From Spirochaetia bacterium (GTDB lineage Bacteria; Spirochaetota; Spirochaetia; SZUA-6; Bin103), in assembly GCA_965208575.1 (NCBI GenBank), contig CBDBOV010000004.1:64001-128000 (forward strand): a stretch of 64,000 nucleotides of DNA, given 5' to 3'. A program made the translations under genes and the position numbers. Below, one piece after another: positions 10,404 through 21,114 of this stretch. Under the pieces are notes generated by a model that worked only from the letters and a program-made list of their open reading frames with translations, did not search any database and was not told the origin of the DNA. Position 1 is the first letter of the stretch, and each line of letters starts with the position of its first letter.

Positions 10404-11335
10404 TGCCCGTGGCGACCGTTCCCGAGGTGACGAAGCTGCCCCACGAGACGGTTTCCGCCGACCTCCGGATACGCACCGGCGTGCTCAGCGACGCCGACCT
10501 GGATCTGTTCGCCGAGCAGGGTTACGTGGTGGTTCCGGACGCCGTTCCGGCCGCGAATCTGCGCGCCGTGGTGGAGCTGATATGGCGCTTCATGGAAGCT
10601 GACGAAGCGGACCCGGAAAGCTGGTATCGGATTGCGCCGCGCGAGGCAACCGGGGAAGCCGCCCCGATCTCGCGCGCAGGCATGGTGGAGGTCTACCAGC
10701 AGCAGGAGCTGTGGGACAATCGCCAGCACCCGCGCGTATACCAGGCGTTCGTGGACATCTGGCAGACCGAGCTCCTCTGGGTCACCCTCGACCGCGCCAA
10801 CATGAAGCCGCCGGTGCGCGACGACCGTCCCGCGTGGCAGCACGGCGGATTCATCCACTGGGACCTGGACACATTGCAGGACCCGATCCCGTGCGGTGTG
10901 CAAGGCGTCCTCTACCTCACCGACACCACCGCGGACCAGGGCGGCTTCCAGTGCGTGCCCGGCTTCCCCCGGCGCTTCTCCGAATGGGCCAGCACCCAGC
11001 CCCCCGACCGCGACGCGCGCTTCCCCGACCTGACCGGGCTGGAAGTGCAGTCGATTCCGGGACGGGCGGGGGACCTGTTGATCTGGAACTCGCTGCTGCC
11101 GCACGGCAACGGCGAGAACATCTCCGACCGCCCGCGCCTGGCGCAGTACATCTCCATGTTCCCGGCCGCGCGCGGCAGCGAGGAGGAGCGCCTCGGGCGC
11201 ATCGCCGCGTGGCGCGAGCAGCGCTCGGCGAGCGGCTGGCCGGGCGACCCGCGCAACTGGGAGCAGCGCCACGGCAAGCCCGCGAAGCTGGACCGCCTGG
11301 GCCGCCGGCTGCTGGGCCTGGATACCTGGAACTGA
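10403..11335 (+). CDS. Phytanoyl-CoA dioxygenase (PhyH) family protein
   Basis: FIHWD, VQGVLYLTDT...GGFQCVPG and GDLLIWNSLLPHGNGEN...PRLAQY; TGATG coupling to the upstream gene. Confidence 0.9.
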   Translation: MPVATVPEVTKLPHETVSADLRIRTGVLSDADLDLFAEQGYVVVPDAVPAANLRAVVELIWRFMEADEADPESWYRIAPREATGEAAPISRAGMVEVYQQQELWDNRQHPRVYQAFVDIWQTELLWVTLDRANMKPPVRDDRPAWQHGGFIHWDLDTLQDPIPCGVQGVLYLTDTTADQGGFQCVPGFPRRFSEWASTQPPDRDARFPDLTGLEVQSIPGRAGDLLIWNSLLPHGNGENISDRPRLAQYISMFPAARGSEEERLGRIAAWREQRSASGWPGDPRNWEQRHGKPAKLDRLGRRLLGLDTWN

Positions 11336-11356
11336 GCGGCGCTCCTTCCGGTTCCG

Positions 11357-12547
11357 CTACAGCAGGGACCGGAAACCGCGCTCGCGGCCGAACAGGATGC
11401 GGTTGGAGTCGTGGAAGTTGCGTGCCCCGCGCGAGGCGGTGCGGACCACGTAGATCAGGTCGTCGCCGTCGAACTGCCAATCCACGTACTGGTAGCCGGT
11501 GAGCCGCAGCGAGTCCTCCGGCAACAGCCCGCTGTCGTCTTCCATCAACCTCTTCACCACCCGCCACCGGCACAGGTTGTCCGACGCGCACAGCGCCATC
11601 ACGTTGCGCTGGCGCTGATGCAAGTGTACGCCGCTTTGCTGGGACGCCCGCCACCGCGACACCAGCCACTCCTGGTCCGGCACCACGTTGGACAGGGTCA
11701 GGTAGACACCCGTCACCGGATCGCGGCGCAGGGCGAACTTGGCCTTGCCGCCGGGATAGGAGATGAAGCCGCCGGCATGCCCCGCATCGGTCGACGGGTC
11801 GAAGCTCAGGCGCCGGCCGTCGTCTTCGATCCTGATCATCGCGGCGACGTCCTGCGCCAGCGGCTGCGCTTCGAAGGTCAACACGTCCCACAACTGACCG
11901 TCCGGCGCCGCTACCACGTTGCCTTCGCGCCAGCCGGGAAGGCTGACCTCGCCCCACGCACCGAGCGCCCACTCGGGCTGAAACGGCAGCTTGTTGCTCA
12001 TCCGCCAACTGGCGGCCTGCAGCAGGTCGGCGTCCACCGGCGCCGAGATCACGCACGCCTGGAAGCCGATTCCCCAGTGCATCGGGTTGCAGTCCTCGAA
12101 CGCGCGGTACAGGCGCCCCTCGTGCGCCAGCACCGCCACCGGCGCGCAGTGGTAGTTGGGCGGCGTGCGGTGCGGCCCGCCGGCAAACAGGAGCCCGCTG
12201 CCGGCGTCCTGCGGGTGCGTCCAGGTGAACCCGCCGTCGTCGCTACGCCGGATCACGATCGACCCGTACTGCTGCGACGTCCCGAACAGGTAGACCGCCC
12301 CGTCGTGCACGAACAGGCTGCTCCAGAAGGCGTTCATGACGTGGGTCACGTTGCACCAGTTCGCGCCGTCGTCCTGCGACCGGTACACGCTGGTCAGGCC
12401 CTGTTCGCCCTCGTGGTTGCGCGGGCAGCCGGTGCCGAAGTAGTCGTGGGTGGCGAGCAGCGCACCATCGGGCAGCCGCACGACACTGGGGCTGCCGAGG
12501 TAGGTGAGAGTCCGCTCCGGCTGAAACTTGATCTCGACGTGGGGCAT
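11357..12547 (-). CDS. Sialidase-like / BNR Asp-box beta-propeller protein
   Basis: Asp-boxes YRSQDDGANW and RRSDDGGFTW; YQYVDWQFDGDD near the C-terminus. Confidence 0.8.
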   Translation of the reverse strand: MPHVEIKFQPERTLTYLGSPSVVRLPDGALLATHDYFGTGCPRNHEGEQGLTSVYRSQDDGANWCNVTHVMNAFWSSLFVHDGAVYLFGTSQQYGSIVIRRSDDGGFTWTHPQDAGSGLLFAGGPHRTPPNYHCAPVAVLAHEGRLYRAFEDCNPMHWGIGFQACVISAPVDADLLQAASWRMSNKLPFQPEWALGAWGEVSLPGWREGNVVAAPDGQLWDVLTFEAQPLAQDVAAMIRIEDDGRRLSFDPSTDAGHAGGFISYPGGKAKFALRRDPVTGVYLTLSNVVPDQEWLVSRWRASQQSGVHLHQRQRNVMALCASDNLCRWRVVKRLMEDDSGLLPEDSLRLTGYQYVDWQFDGDDLIYVVRTASRGARNFHDSNRILFGRERGFRSLL

Positions 12548-12618
12548 GGCGCGCCATGATCGCACGTCGCCCGGCATCAACGCCATTCCCGCGCGGGTCG
12601 GCTGCACCGGAACAACTG

Positions 12619-12719
12619 CTGCTCGACCCGCGGCTGTGCGGCGGCGGCCGTCTCGGCGTCGATCGCGCTGCGCACGTGTAGCGCAGCCCGCTGATCGGTG
12701 GTCGTGAGACGGGCAGCCG
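12619..12719 (+). repeat. Orphan diverged copy of the 3' end and downstream flank of the DppC-type permease gene
   Basis: Aligns by eye with 19027-19130 (ctgctcgacccgcggct...ggcggcggccgtctcggcg..gatcgcgctgc...gtag...gatcggtgg.cgtgag.cgggcagccg). Confidence 0.8.
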
Positions 12720-12742
12720 AATGGCCGAACGAGGGTGCGCAG

Positions 12743-14500
12743 TTAGCGCCGCACCGCGTCGCAGTACACCAGCTCCCAGCCGTGGAACACCACGATCAGG
12801 CCGATGAAGCGCACCCCCGGGAACTGCCGCGCCAGCCGTTCGTCCGCCAGGTACCGCAGGAGCTGCGCCTGCGCTTCCTCGACCACCGTCGTGACCGCGG
12901 CCTGATCCGCCAACTCGGAACGCGCACGATACTTCAGCTCGATCAGGTAGCCGCGTTGCAGTTGCGGGTAGCGGGCCACCAGCGGCTCCAGCGCAATGTC
13001 CGCGTGTCCCTTTCCCAGTTCCGCCTCCGAGCGGAACACGTAGTAGTCGGCCACGCTCAGGTAGGCCGCCAGAAAGCCCTGTATTACCTTCTCGCCGGCG
13101 ATGTAGTCGCGGATTCCCGTCTGCCGCGCGATCGCCTCGCTCAGGAACTCCAACACGGGCCGCCATTCGCCCTCGGTCGCCATTCGAAGCATCAACTGCT
13201 CGAACCGGAACAGGTCGACCGAAAACACCTCCACGTCGCGGTAGGCGTCGCGCAGGTAGCCATACATCAGCCGCTTCACGGTCTGATTCGGGATCGCCAG
13301 CCGCGGCATCACCCCCTGCACGACACGGATGCTCAGCAGCCCGAAGTAGTGCATCAGGGACAGGAAGTTCTCCCGCTTGGTGAGGTCCTTGAGCGGAAAG
13401 CCGGGCTGGATTCGGGTGTCCACCTGCTCCTCGCCGATCACGTCGCGCAGCAGGTCGAAGTTGCCGTTGAGTTGCCGCCCGGTCACCAGCAGGTGGCGCA
13501 GCTTGCCGTAGTCGATGCGCACGTTGGTGTCGATCAGGTACTCCGGCACGTCACGGTTGGGCATCGAGTGCTTCAGGTAATAGAGCACCATGTCGGAGTT
13601 GTACAGATCTGTGTCGGCGGTTGTGGCGAAGCGGTAGCCATTGTACCACTCGCCCATGATGCCCATGGCGGTCGCGGGGTCCTGGTTGAACACGCCCAGG
13701 TTCCGGTAGGTCTCCACCAGGCGCCGCACCTCCGCCTCGGTGAAGCCGACCATCTCGTTGAAGTCGGGCTCCAGGCTGATGTTGGTGCCGATGTTGAAGC
13801 CGCTGGTGACGTCGTCCATGGTGATCGGCGACACGCCGGTGATGAACAGCCGCTCCAGGCCGCCGCCGCTGCGGTCGGCGCCGGACTTCAGGGTGGCGAA
13901 GAAGTTGCGGTAGAAGCCGCCGCCGTGGGTGAACGAGTGGTACGCCTCCGCGCCGTGGTACGCGAGCACGGTGTTGGCGAAGTTGTCGTACTCGTCGATC
14001 AGCACGTACACCGAGATGTCATGGTCGCCCGCGTACCGGAACAACATGCTGAGCTTGGTGGCGATGGAGGGCGGCTCCAGGATGCGCTGCAGCGCTGCGT
14101 CGGGAAACAGGTCGGGATGGCGCTCCAGCGTTCCCCGGAGTTCAATCAGGCAGTAGGCTTCGAACTCGCGCTCCAGGGTTTCCAGCTTGTCGTTGACCGC
14201 CGAGAAGTTGAAGCGCAGGGTGACGTAGCGGCTCTGTTCGCCGGTCGGCTCCCGGCCGATGTCGGTGCCGGCGAAGGTGGCCTCGAAGTCGCCCGCCCAG
14301 AAGCGGTCGTAGTAGTTCTCCAGCAAGGACACCCACATCGACTTGCCGAACCGGCGCGGGCGGATCAGAAGGGCGTAGCGCTCCTCCTCCAGGCGGCGCA
14401 GGAAGCGCGTCTTGTCGACGTACAGCCACCGGTTCAAGCGGATGCGCCTGAAGTCGGCCTCGCCGTAGGGAATGCGCGGGTGCGTGGATGGCGTGCTCAC
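12743..14500 (-). CDS. AAA-ATPase-like + PD-(D/E)XK nuclease protein (copy 1)
   Basis: IPYG..DF, YVDKT, RPRRFGKS (Walker A), LIDEYD (Walker B), FITGVSP; C-terminal SEAELGKGHADI...LIELKY. Confidence 0.9.
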   Translation of the reverse strand: MSTPSTHPRIPYGEADFRRIRLNRWLYVDKTRFLRRLEEERYALLIRPRRFGKSMWVSLLENYYDRFWAGDFEATFAGTDIGREPTGEQSRYVTLRFNFSAVNDKLETLEREFEAYCLIELRGTLERHPDLFPDAALQRILEPPSIATKLSMLFRYAGDHDISVYVLIDEYDNFANTVLAYHGAEAYHSFTHGGGFYRNFFATLKSGADRSGGGLERLFITGVSPITMDDVTSGFNIGTNISLEPDFNEMVGFTEAEVRRLVETYRNLGVFNQDPATAMGIMGEWYNGYRFATTADTDLYNSDMVLYYLKHSMPNRDVPEYLIDTNVRIDYGKLRHLLVTGRQLNGNFDLLRDVIGEEQVDTRIQPGFPLKDLTKRENFLSLMHYFGLLSIRVVQGVMPRLAIPNQTVKRLMYGYLRDAYRDVEVFSVDLFRFEQLMLRMATEGEWRPVLEFLSEAIARQTGIRDYIAGEKVIQGFLAAYLSVADYYVFRSEAELGKGHADIALEPLVARYPQLQRGYLIELKYRARSELADQAAVTTVVEEAQAQLLRYLADERLARQFPGVRFIGLIVVFHGWELVYCDAVRR

Positions 14501-15327
14501 TACTATAGCCTGAGGCAGGCTCCGGCACTGACTCTATCGTCTCCAAGGCGCGACGCGCAATGCAGCCGCCAGGGGCGGCACGGTCACCCCGTGACACGGA
14601 AGGCGATGGTCGGATGGTCGCGTCCCTCGAGTCCGCGTGCGATTGACACCTCGGGGCGGGCGTGAAACGATGAGCAAGGTAGGGACTGAACGGATGTGGA
14701 TCTTGCGCCATCACGACTCTCTGGCCAGTAACCGGAGGGCAGTGACGCAGCCGGTGCCCTCCCCGCAACTACTTGAATCGCAAGCAATAATCACTTCGGC
14801 TGAGCGCTCCGCGGCCTTCGTTTTCAGCTTCTGCGTAGCGGCCCGCTACCTGTGGCACCGCCTCGGTCCACGTTCGTTCAGCGGCCGCGGCAACGGTCCG
14901 GGAGCCCCGGCCGCTGAACCGCGGCGTCTTTTCCCGTCGCGCTGCTCGAATTCCTCAAATGCGCGCTCCAACGCACTGGACGCGCCCTCCCGGCGCAGTG
15001 TCGGAGCCGCGTCCTGGTGGCGTCGATTCTCCGCGGCCCGGGTACTCCCGGCCCGCGTGGCCGAACATATCCCCATCTACGCTTCACCGCTTCTACGCAG
15101 GCCGCATGACTCCGGCACCTCATGGGGCGCGAGCAAACACCCTGCCGGTTTTCCCGGCGCACGCGAGGTGCGAGCGATACTCCAAGAACCACACCCGCGC
15201 GCGGCGTGAACCCGGTGAGTCACACGGCGCGCGCGTCACCATCTGACTCCGCTGGCCGTCCGCGTTGCGGACGCAAGAGTAGCCAGGGAGCGGCACGTCG
15301 CTCCGCAATACTTCAAGAAATCAACAC

Positions 15328-17124
15328 ATGGAGTTGCGTATGACGTTTGTAAAGATTGGTACGACCTTCGCGGTTGCGTTGGTGCTGGTCCTGACCGCCA
15401 CCGGCCTCTGGGCGGCTGCCGCCGAGGAGGAGCCGGCCGCGGCGATGGAGAAGGAAATGGTGCTGGACCCCACCACCGGCAGGATGGTGACCGCGCCGGA
15501 GTATGGCGGGACCATAACCTACGTCAAGAAAGAATCGCCCTCGCATACTGACAAACATCTAAGTGGGGGTGTGGTAGCCGTCGGCCTGGTCGTAGAGAAG
15601 TTAGGTATCGGCGACTGGGCGACGCCCAGGGACCAATATGACTTCCCGACTATGGCCGCTCCAAATTACACGCGGGGGGCTCTGGCGGAAAGCTGGGAAA
15701 TGCCCGACGACAAAACCGTTATCGTCAAAGTCCGTCAGGGCGTTCATTGGCACGATAAGGAACCAATGAACGGTCGGGAGCTGACTGCCAACGATATCGT
15801 ATACAACTTTCACCGTACTCTGGGTCTGGGCAGCGGATTCACCGAACCCAGCGCTGCTTATAGTCTGTTGACCAAGGTGTCATTCGAATCCATAACGGCT
15901 ACCGACGAAGGGACCGTTGTTTTCAAGCTGAAGGAGCCAAATCTCCTGACGCTGATGGTTATTCTCGACGACTCCCTGGCAGTCATGTACCCCCCCGAGG
16001 TGATCAAGGAACACGGGGATGTAACGGATTGGAGGAACCTGGTTGGCACCGGTCCCTTTGAGCTTACTGACTGGACCGAGGGCAGCTCTATCACCTATAG
16101 TAAGAATCCAGACTACTGGGGTTACGACGAAAAATACCCGGAGAACCGCTTGCCGTATGTTGACACGTTAAGGGCTCTGATTATGCCTGAAGTGGCAACA
16201 CAACTGGCGGCAATGCGCACGGGCAAGGTTGATTACGTCGGGGTGGCCGGGGTAGCTCAGCTCAGGACTGTCGAGCAGGTAGAGAGCATCCAGCGGACCA
16301 ACCCCGAAGTCGAATTATGGCCGGTACGGTTTCGGTCGGATAATGGTTTTGCCATGAACACTCAGATAGAACCCTTTGACGACATCAGGGTGCGCAAGGC
16401 AATGAACATGGCACTGGACTTCGAGACAATCAACAATTCGTACTTCAAGGGTTTTGGAGATCCGATACCGCAAGGGCGGCTGGGCCGTTTCATGAAAGAC
16501 GGGTCCATCCCATTCGAAGAGTGGCCCGAAGAGCTCCGGAAGGGCCGCACGTATAACCCGGAAGGGGCCGAAGCGTTGCTTGATGCGGCCGGGTATCCTC
16601 GCGGAGCGGACGGCACCAGATTCAAGACCGTGTTGATGCACCTCGAGCGTTTCGATCTGAACTATGCAGAATTAGCCGCTTCGTACTGGAAGAACATTGG
16701 CGTTGACGTGGAGGTTGAAGTAACGCCAGCAGCTGCATGGGGTCCCAGAAGAACAGCTCAGGAATACGAAATGACCAGTAACGATACGGCGTATGCTGTT
16801 TCCATGCAGTGGGCGGTGTCAATCATGCGTGGGTTTACCACGGATGGTGTAAATAGCAACGTCAGCGACCCGACTTATGACGCCATGCATGCCGCAGCCG
16901 CAGCCGCGACCACCATCGAGGAGCGGGACATGCTGGTGCCAGACTTGGTCATGTACGCATTGGAGCAATACTGGACGATATATGGTCCGTTGCTTCCACA
17001 GTTTTCGGTGAACCAGCCGTGGCTCATAGGCTACAACGGTGAAATGATATTAAGCGGGGGGGAGGAAGTGATCTTCTCCCGCCTCTGGATTGATAGTGCG
17101 CTGAAGAAAGAAATGGGATTCTGA
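15328..17124 (+). CDS. ABC transporter substrate-binding protein, family 5 (peptide/nickel type)
   Basis: Signal peptide, PEYGGT, LAESWEMPD, VGTGPF, KNPDYW and PFDDIRVRKA. Confidence 0.92.
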   Translation: MELRMTFVKIGTTFAVALVLVLTATGLWAAAAEEEPAAAMEKEMVLDPTTGRMVTAPEYGGTITYVKKESPSHTDKHLSGGVVAVGLVVEKLGIGDWATPRDQYDFPTMAAPNYTRGALAESWEMPDDKTVIVKVRQGVHWHDKEPMNGRELTANDIVYNFHRTLGLGSGFTEPSAAYSLLTKVSFESITATDEGTVVFKLKEPNLLTLMVILDDSLAVMYPPEVIKEHGDVTDWRNLVGTGPFELTDWTEGSSITYSKNPDYWGYDEKYPENRLPYVDTLRALIMPEVATQLAAMRTGKVDYVGVAGVAQLRTVEQVESIQRTNPEVELWPVRFRSDNGFAMNTQIEPFDDIRVRKAMNMALDFETINNSYFKGFGDPIPQGRLGRFMKDGSIPFEEWPEELRKGRTYNPEGAEALLDAAGYPRGADGTRFKTVLMHLERFDLNYAELAASYWKNIGVDVEVEVTPAAAWGPRRTAQEYEMTSNDTAYAVSMQWAVSIMRGFTTDGVNSNVSDPTYDAMHAAAAAATTIEERDMLVPDLVMYALEQYWTIYGPLLPQFSVNQPWLIGYNGEMILSGGEEVIFSRLWIDSALKKEMGF

Positions 17125-17210
17125 GCCGACGGCTTCGCCGTTGGCGTTTTCGCGCTGCTTCTGCCTGCAGCGAAGGGCGCCGGGAGCCCTTGAGCTTCCC
17201 GGCGCCCTTC
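17125..17210 (+). terminator. Two intercistronic stem-loops after the SBP gene
   Basis: gccgacggc-ttc-gccgttggc followed by gttttc (17125-17151); gaagggcgccgggagc...gcttcccggcgcccttc (17172-17210). Confidence 0.6.
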
Positions 17211-17222
17211 TACCACGAAGAT

Positions 17223-18224
17223 ATGAGAGCCTACATCATCCGGCGCCTGCTGCTGGTCGTCCCGACCATGTTTATCTTGAGTATCCTGGTCTTTCTCTCG
17301 GTGCGCTTCATCCCAGGCGATGTCATAGACGTATTGGAGGCTCGGGTGCAGATCTACGTAGCGGGGGGGATTGACCGTGCAGCTCTCGAGCGTCGGCTGG
17401 GGTTGGATGTGTCTGTCTGGGTGCAGTATGGGCGCTGGATGGGAGCGTTGCCGACCCCTGACCGGGTTACCGGTGAGTCCCATTTCAGGGGTCTCCTCCA
17501 GGGCACCCTTGGCGAATCACTGTATGGCGGTTTGGCGGTAGAGGACAGGATACTGGGTAGACTGCCGGTCACCATCGAGCTTGGTTTGATGGCAATCCTC
17601 ATCGGGCTGGTGATCGCGCTGCCGGTCGGCATCTACTCGGCGATCCGCCAGGATTCGGTCGCCGACTTCCTGGGACGCTCGGTCGCCATCATCGGCCTGG
17701 CCACGCCCAACTTCTGGCTCGGCGTCATGGTCATGATCTACCCGGCCATCTGGTGGGGCTGGGCGCCACCGCTGGAACTGGTTGCCTTCACCGAAGACCC
17801 GGTGGGGAATCTGGCGGTGTTTTTCATCCCCAGCCTGATCCTGGGAACGGCCTCGGCCGCCGCCACTATGCGGATGACGCGCACCATGATGCTGGAGGTG
17901 CTGCGGCAGGATTTTGTCAGGACCGCCTGGGCAAAAGGTCTCAGGGAGCGGGCGGTGGTGATCCGGCACGCCGTCAAGAATGCCCTCATCCCGGTGGTGA
18001 CCCTGATCGGCCTGCAGTTGCCGATCCTGGTGGGGGGCGCCGTGATCATGGAGAACATCTTCAACCTGCCGGGGCTCGGGCGACTGCTGCTGAATGCCCT
18101 CAATGACCGAGACTACCCGATGGTCTCCGGCATCAACCTGTTGTTCGCCACCGGGGTGGTGGTGATCAATCTGCTCATCGACCTGGTCTACGGGCTCTTG
18201 GACCCGAGGGTCCGTTATGAGTGA
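17223..18224 (+). CDS. ABC transporter permease, DppB/OppB type
   Basis: MRAYIIRRLL, RTAWAKGL (EAA loop), IFNLPGLG and LDPRVRY. Confidence 0.92.
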   Translation: MRAYIIRRLLLVVPTMFILSILVFLSVRFIPGDVIDVLEARVQIYVAGGIDRAALERRLGLDVSVWVQYGRWMGALPTPDRVTGESHFRGLLQGTLGESLYGGLAVEDRILGRLPVTIELGLMAILIGLVIALPVGIYSAIRQDSVADFLGRSVAIIGLATPNFWLGVMVMIYPAIWWGWAPPLELVAFTEDPVGNLAVFFIPSLILGTASAAATMRMTRTMMLEVLRQDFVRTAWAKGLRERAVVIRHAVKNALIPVVTLIGLQLPILVGGAVIMENIFNLPGLGRLLLNALNDRDYPMVSGINLLFATGVVVINLLIDLVYGLLDPRVRYE

Positions 18225-19092
18225 CTTCTTTGTCAGGCTGGTCAAGGAGAAGCCGCTGAGCATCATCGCCGGGGTCGTCATCCTGCTGTTGATCCTGGTG
18301 GCGATCTTTGCCGACGTGCTGGCGCCTTACCCGCACGACGAAGTCAACATCGTGGACCGGATGCAGGCGCCCTCCAACCGGTACCTGTTGGGGACCGACC
18401 AGTTGGGGCGCGACCTGCTGAGCCGCCTCGTGTTCGGGGCCCGGATATCGCTGACCGTCGGTCTGGCGGCGACCACCGTCAACGTTGTGGTGGCGGTGCT
18501 GATCGGCGGCATCTCGGGATTCTTCGGCGGTCGACTGGACCTGGCGATGCAGCGCTTCGTCGACGCCTGGATGGCGTTCCCGGGGCTGCTGCTGTTGCTC
18601 ACCATCATGTCGCTGGTGGGACGGGGGTTGCCGCAGATCATCGTGGTGCTGGGGGTGACGGGCGGCATCGGCGGTTCGCGAGTGGTCCGCGGCGCGGTGA
18701 TCGGGGTAAAGGAGAATGCCTACTTTCAGGCGGCCGAGGCGATCGGCGGCACCCGGTGGAGAACCCTGATCCACCACGTCCTGCCCAACATCGCGGCTCC
18801 GGTGATCATCATTTTCACCATCAACGTGGGTGGCGTGATCATCAGCGAGGCTGCGCTGAGCTTTCTTGGATTTGGACTGCCGATCTCGGTGCCGAGCTGG
18901 GGTGGGATGCTGAGCCGGGAAGGGCGCGAGTTCATGGAGGTGGCGCCGCGGCTGGCGCTGTGGCCGGGGCTGTGCCTGACCGTTGTCGTGTACTGCCTGA
19001 ACATGTTCGGCGACGCCGTGCGCGACCTGCTCGACCCGCGGCTCCGGGGCGGCGGCGGCCGTCTCGGCGCCGATCGCGCTGCATCGGTGTAG
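18217..19092 (+). CDS. ABC transporter permease, DppC/OppC type
   Basis: LLGTDQLGRD, HVLPN, EAALSFLGFG, PSWGGML and GDAVRDLLDPR. Confidence 0.92.
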   Translation: MSDFFVRLVKEKPLSIIAGVVILLLILVAIFADVLAPYPHDEVNIVDRMQAPSNRYLLGTDQLGRDLLSRLVFGARISLTVGLAATTVNVVVAVLIGGISGFFGGRLDLAMQRFVDAWMAFPGLLLLLTIMSLVGRGLPQIIVVLGVTGGIGGSRVVRGAVIGVKENAYFQAAEAIGGTRWRTLIHHVLPNIAAPVIIIFTINVGGVIISEAALSFLGFGLPISVPSWGGMLSREGREFMEVAPRLALWPGLCLTVVVYCLNMFGDAVRDLLDPRLRGGGGRLGADRAASV

Positions 19093-19249
19093 AGTAGCCC
19101 GCCGATCGGTGGCCGTGAGGCGGGCAGCCGCGCGCTGTGTGTACGAGACGGTAGAGTGTAGCGCTGCTCACTCCTGGCAGTGATCGACGGTACCGTAACG
19201 CGTCCTGGTGTAGTTCCGTTCGGACTCGCCGCGCCACGGCGTCGGCGTG

Positions 19250-21007
19250 TCACCGCTGCACGGCGTCGCAGTACACCAGCTCCCAGCCGTGGAACACCAC
19301 GATCAGGCCGATGAAGCGCACCCCCGGGAACTGCCGCGCCAGCCGTTCGTCCTCAAGGTACCGCAGGAGCTGCTCCTGCGCCTCCCCGACCACCGTCGTA
19401 ACCGCGGCCTGATCCGCCGACGCGGAACGCGCGCGATACTTCAACTCGATCAGGTAGCCGCGCTGCAGTTGCGGGTAGCGGGCCACCAGCGGCTCCAGGC
19501 AGATGTCCGCATGTCCCTTTCCCAGTTCCGCCTCCGAGCGGAACACGTAGTAGTCGGCCACGCTCAGGTAGGCCGCCAGAAAGCCCTGTATTACCTTCTC
19601 GCCGGCGATGTAGTCGCGGATTCCCGTCTGCCGCGCGATCGCCGCGCTCAGGAACTCCAACACGGGCCGCCATTCGCCCTCGGTCGCCATCCGAAGCATC
19701 AACTGCTCGAACCGGAACAGGTCGACCGAAAACACCTCCACGTCGCGGTAGGCGTCGCGCAGGTAGCCATACATCAGCCGCTTCACGGTCTGGTTCGGGA
19801 TCGCCAGCCGCGGCATCACCCCCTCCACGACACGGATGCTCAGCAGCCCGAAGTAGTGCATCAGGGACAGGAAGTTCTCCCGCTTGGTGAGGTCCTGCAG
19901 CGGAAAGCCGGGCTGGATTCGGGTGTCCACCTGCTCCTCGGCGATCACGTCGCGCAGCAGGTCGAAGTTGCCGTTGAGTTGCCGCCCGGTCACCAGCAGG
20001 TGACGGAGCTTGCCATAGTCGATGCGCACGTTGGTATCGATCAGGTACGTCGGCACGCGCCGGTTCGGCATCGAGTGCTTCAGGTAGTAGAGCACCATGT
20101 CGGTGTTGTACAGGCCGGTCTCGGCTTCCTCGGCGAAGCGGTAGCCGTTGTACCACTCGCCCATGATGCCCATGGCGGTCGCCGGGTCCTGGTTGAACAC
20201 GCCCAGGTCCCGGTAGGTCTCGACCAGGTGACGCACCTCTTCCTCGGTGAAGCCGACCATCTCGTTGAAGTCCGGTTCCAGGCTGATGTTGGTGCCGATG
20301 TTGAAGCCGCTGGTCACGTCGTCCATGGTGACCGGCGACACGCCGGTGATGAACAGGCGCTCCAGACCGCCGCCGCTGCGGTCCGCGCCGCCCTTCAGGG
20401 TGGCGAAGAAGTTGCGGTAGAAGCCGCCGCCGTGGGTAAAGGAGTGGTACGCCTCCGCGCCGTGGTACGCCAGCACCGTGTTGGCGAAGTTGTCGTACTC
20501 GTCGATCAGCACGTACAGCGGGATCTCATGGTCGCCCGCGTATCGGAACAGCACCCCAAGCTTGGCGCTGATGGAGGGCGGCGTGAGGATCCGCTGCAGC
20601 ACCGCTTCGGGAAACAGGTCGGGATGCCGCTCCAGTGTCCCCTGCAGCTCCGTGTGGCAGTAGGTTTCGAACTCCCGCTCCAGCGTTTCCAGCTTGTCGT
20701 TGACCATCGAGAAGTTGAAGCGCAGGGTGACGTAGCGGCTCTGTTCCCCGGTCGGCTCCCGCCCGATGTCGGTGCCGGCGAAGGTGCCGTCGAAGTCGTC
20801 GGCCCAGAAGCGGTCGTAGTAGTTTTCCAGCAGCGAAACCCATAGCGACTTGCCGAACCGGCGCGGGCGGATCAGGAAGACGTAGTCCTCCCGCTCCAGG
20901 CGCCGCAGGAAGCGGGTCTTGTCGACGTACAGCCACCGGTTCCGGCGGATGCGCCTGAAGTCGGCCTGACCGTAGGGAATGCGCGGGTGCGTGGGTGGCG
21001 TGCTCAC
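19250..21007 (-). CDS. AAA-ATPase-like + PD-(D/E)XK nuclease protein (copy 2)
   Basis: 585 aa, same length and motifs as 12743-14500, with high visible identity. Confidence 0.9.
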   Translation of the reverse strand: MSTPPTHPRIPYGQADFRRIRRNRWLYVDKTRFLRRLEREDYVFLIRPRRFGKSLWVSLLENYYDRFWADDFDGTFAGTDIGREPTGEQSRYVTLRFNFSMVNDKLETLEREFETYCHTELQGTLERHPDLFPEAVLQRILTPPSISAKLGVLFRYAGDHEIPLYVLIDEYDNFANTVLAYHGAEAYHSFTHGGGFYRNFFATLKGGADRSGGGLERLFITGVSPVTMDDVTSGFNIGTNISLEPDFNEMVGFTEEEVRHLVETYRDLGVFNQDPATAMGIMGEWYNGYRFAEEAETGLYNTDMVLYYLKHSMPNRRVPTYLIDTNVRIDYGKLRHLLVTGRQLNGNFDLLRDVIAEEQVDTRIQPGFPLQDLTKRENFLSLMHYFGLLSIRVVEGVMPRLAIPNQTVKRLMYGYLRDAYRDVEVFSVDLFRFEQLMLRMATEGEWRPVLEFLSAAIARQTGIRDYIAGEKVIQGFLAAYLSVADYYVFRSEAELGKGHADICLEPLVARYPQLQRGYLIELKYRARSASADQAAVTTVVGEAQEQLLRYLEDERLARQFPGVRFIGLIVVFHGWELVYCDAVQR

Positions 21008-21114
21008 TACTATAGCCCGAGGCAGGCTCCGGCACTGACTCTATCGTCTCCAGGTGCGCCGCGCAACGGAGCCGCCACGGGGCGGCACGGTCACTCCGCG
21101 ACACGGAAGACAGA

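Noticed and set aside
14620-15320. Possible ncRNA/riboswitch in the long intergenic region (TTGACA at 14643, several hairpins)
   Set aside because: Hairpins are expected at this GC content and I recognised no Rfam motif; an Infernal search would be needed.
12743-21007. Diversity-generating retroelement (TR/VR) explanation for the near-identical repeats
   Set aside because: No reverse transcriptase in the window, and the mismatches are not adenine-specific.
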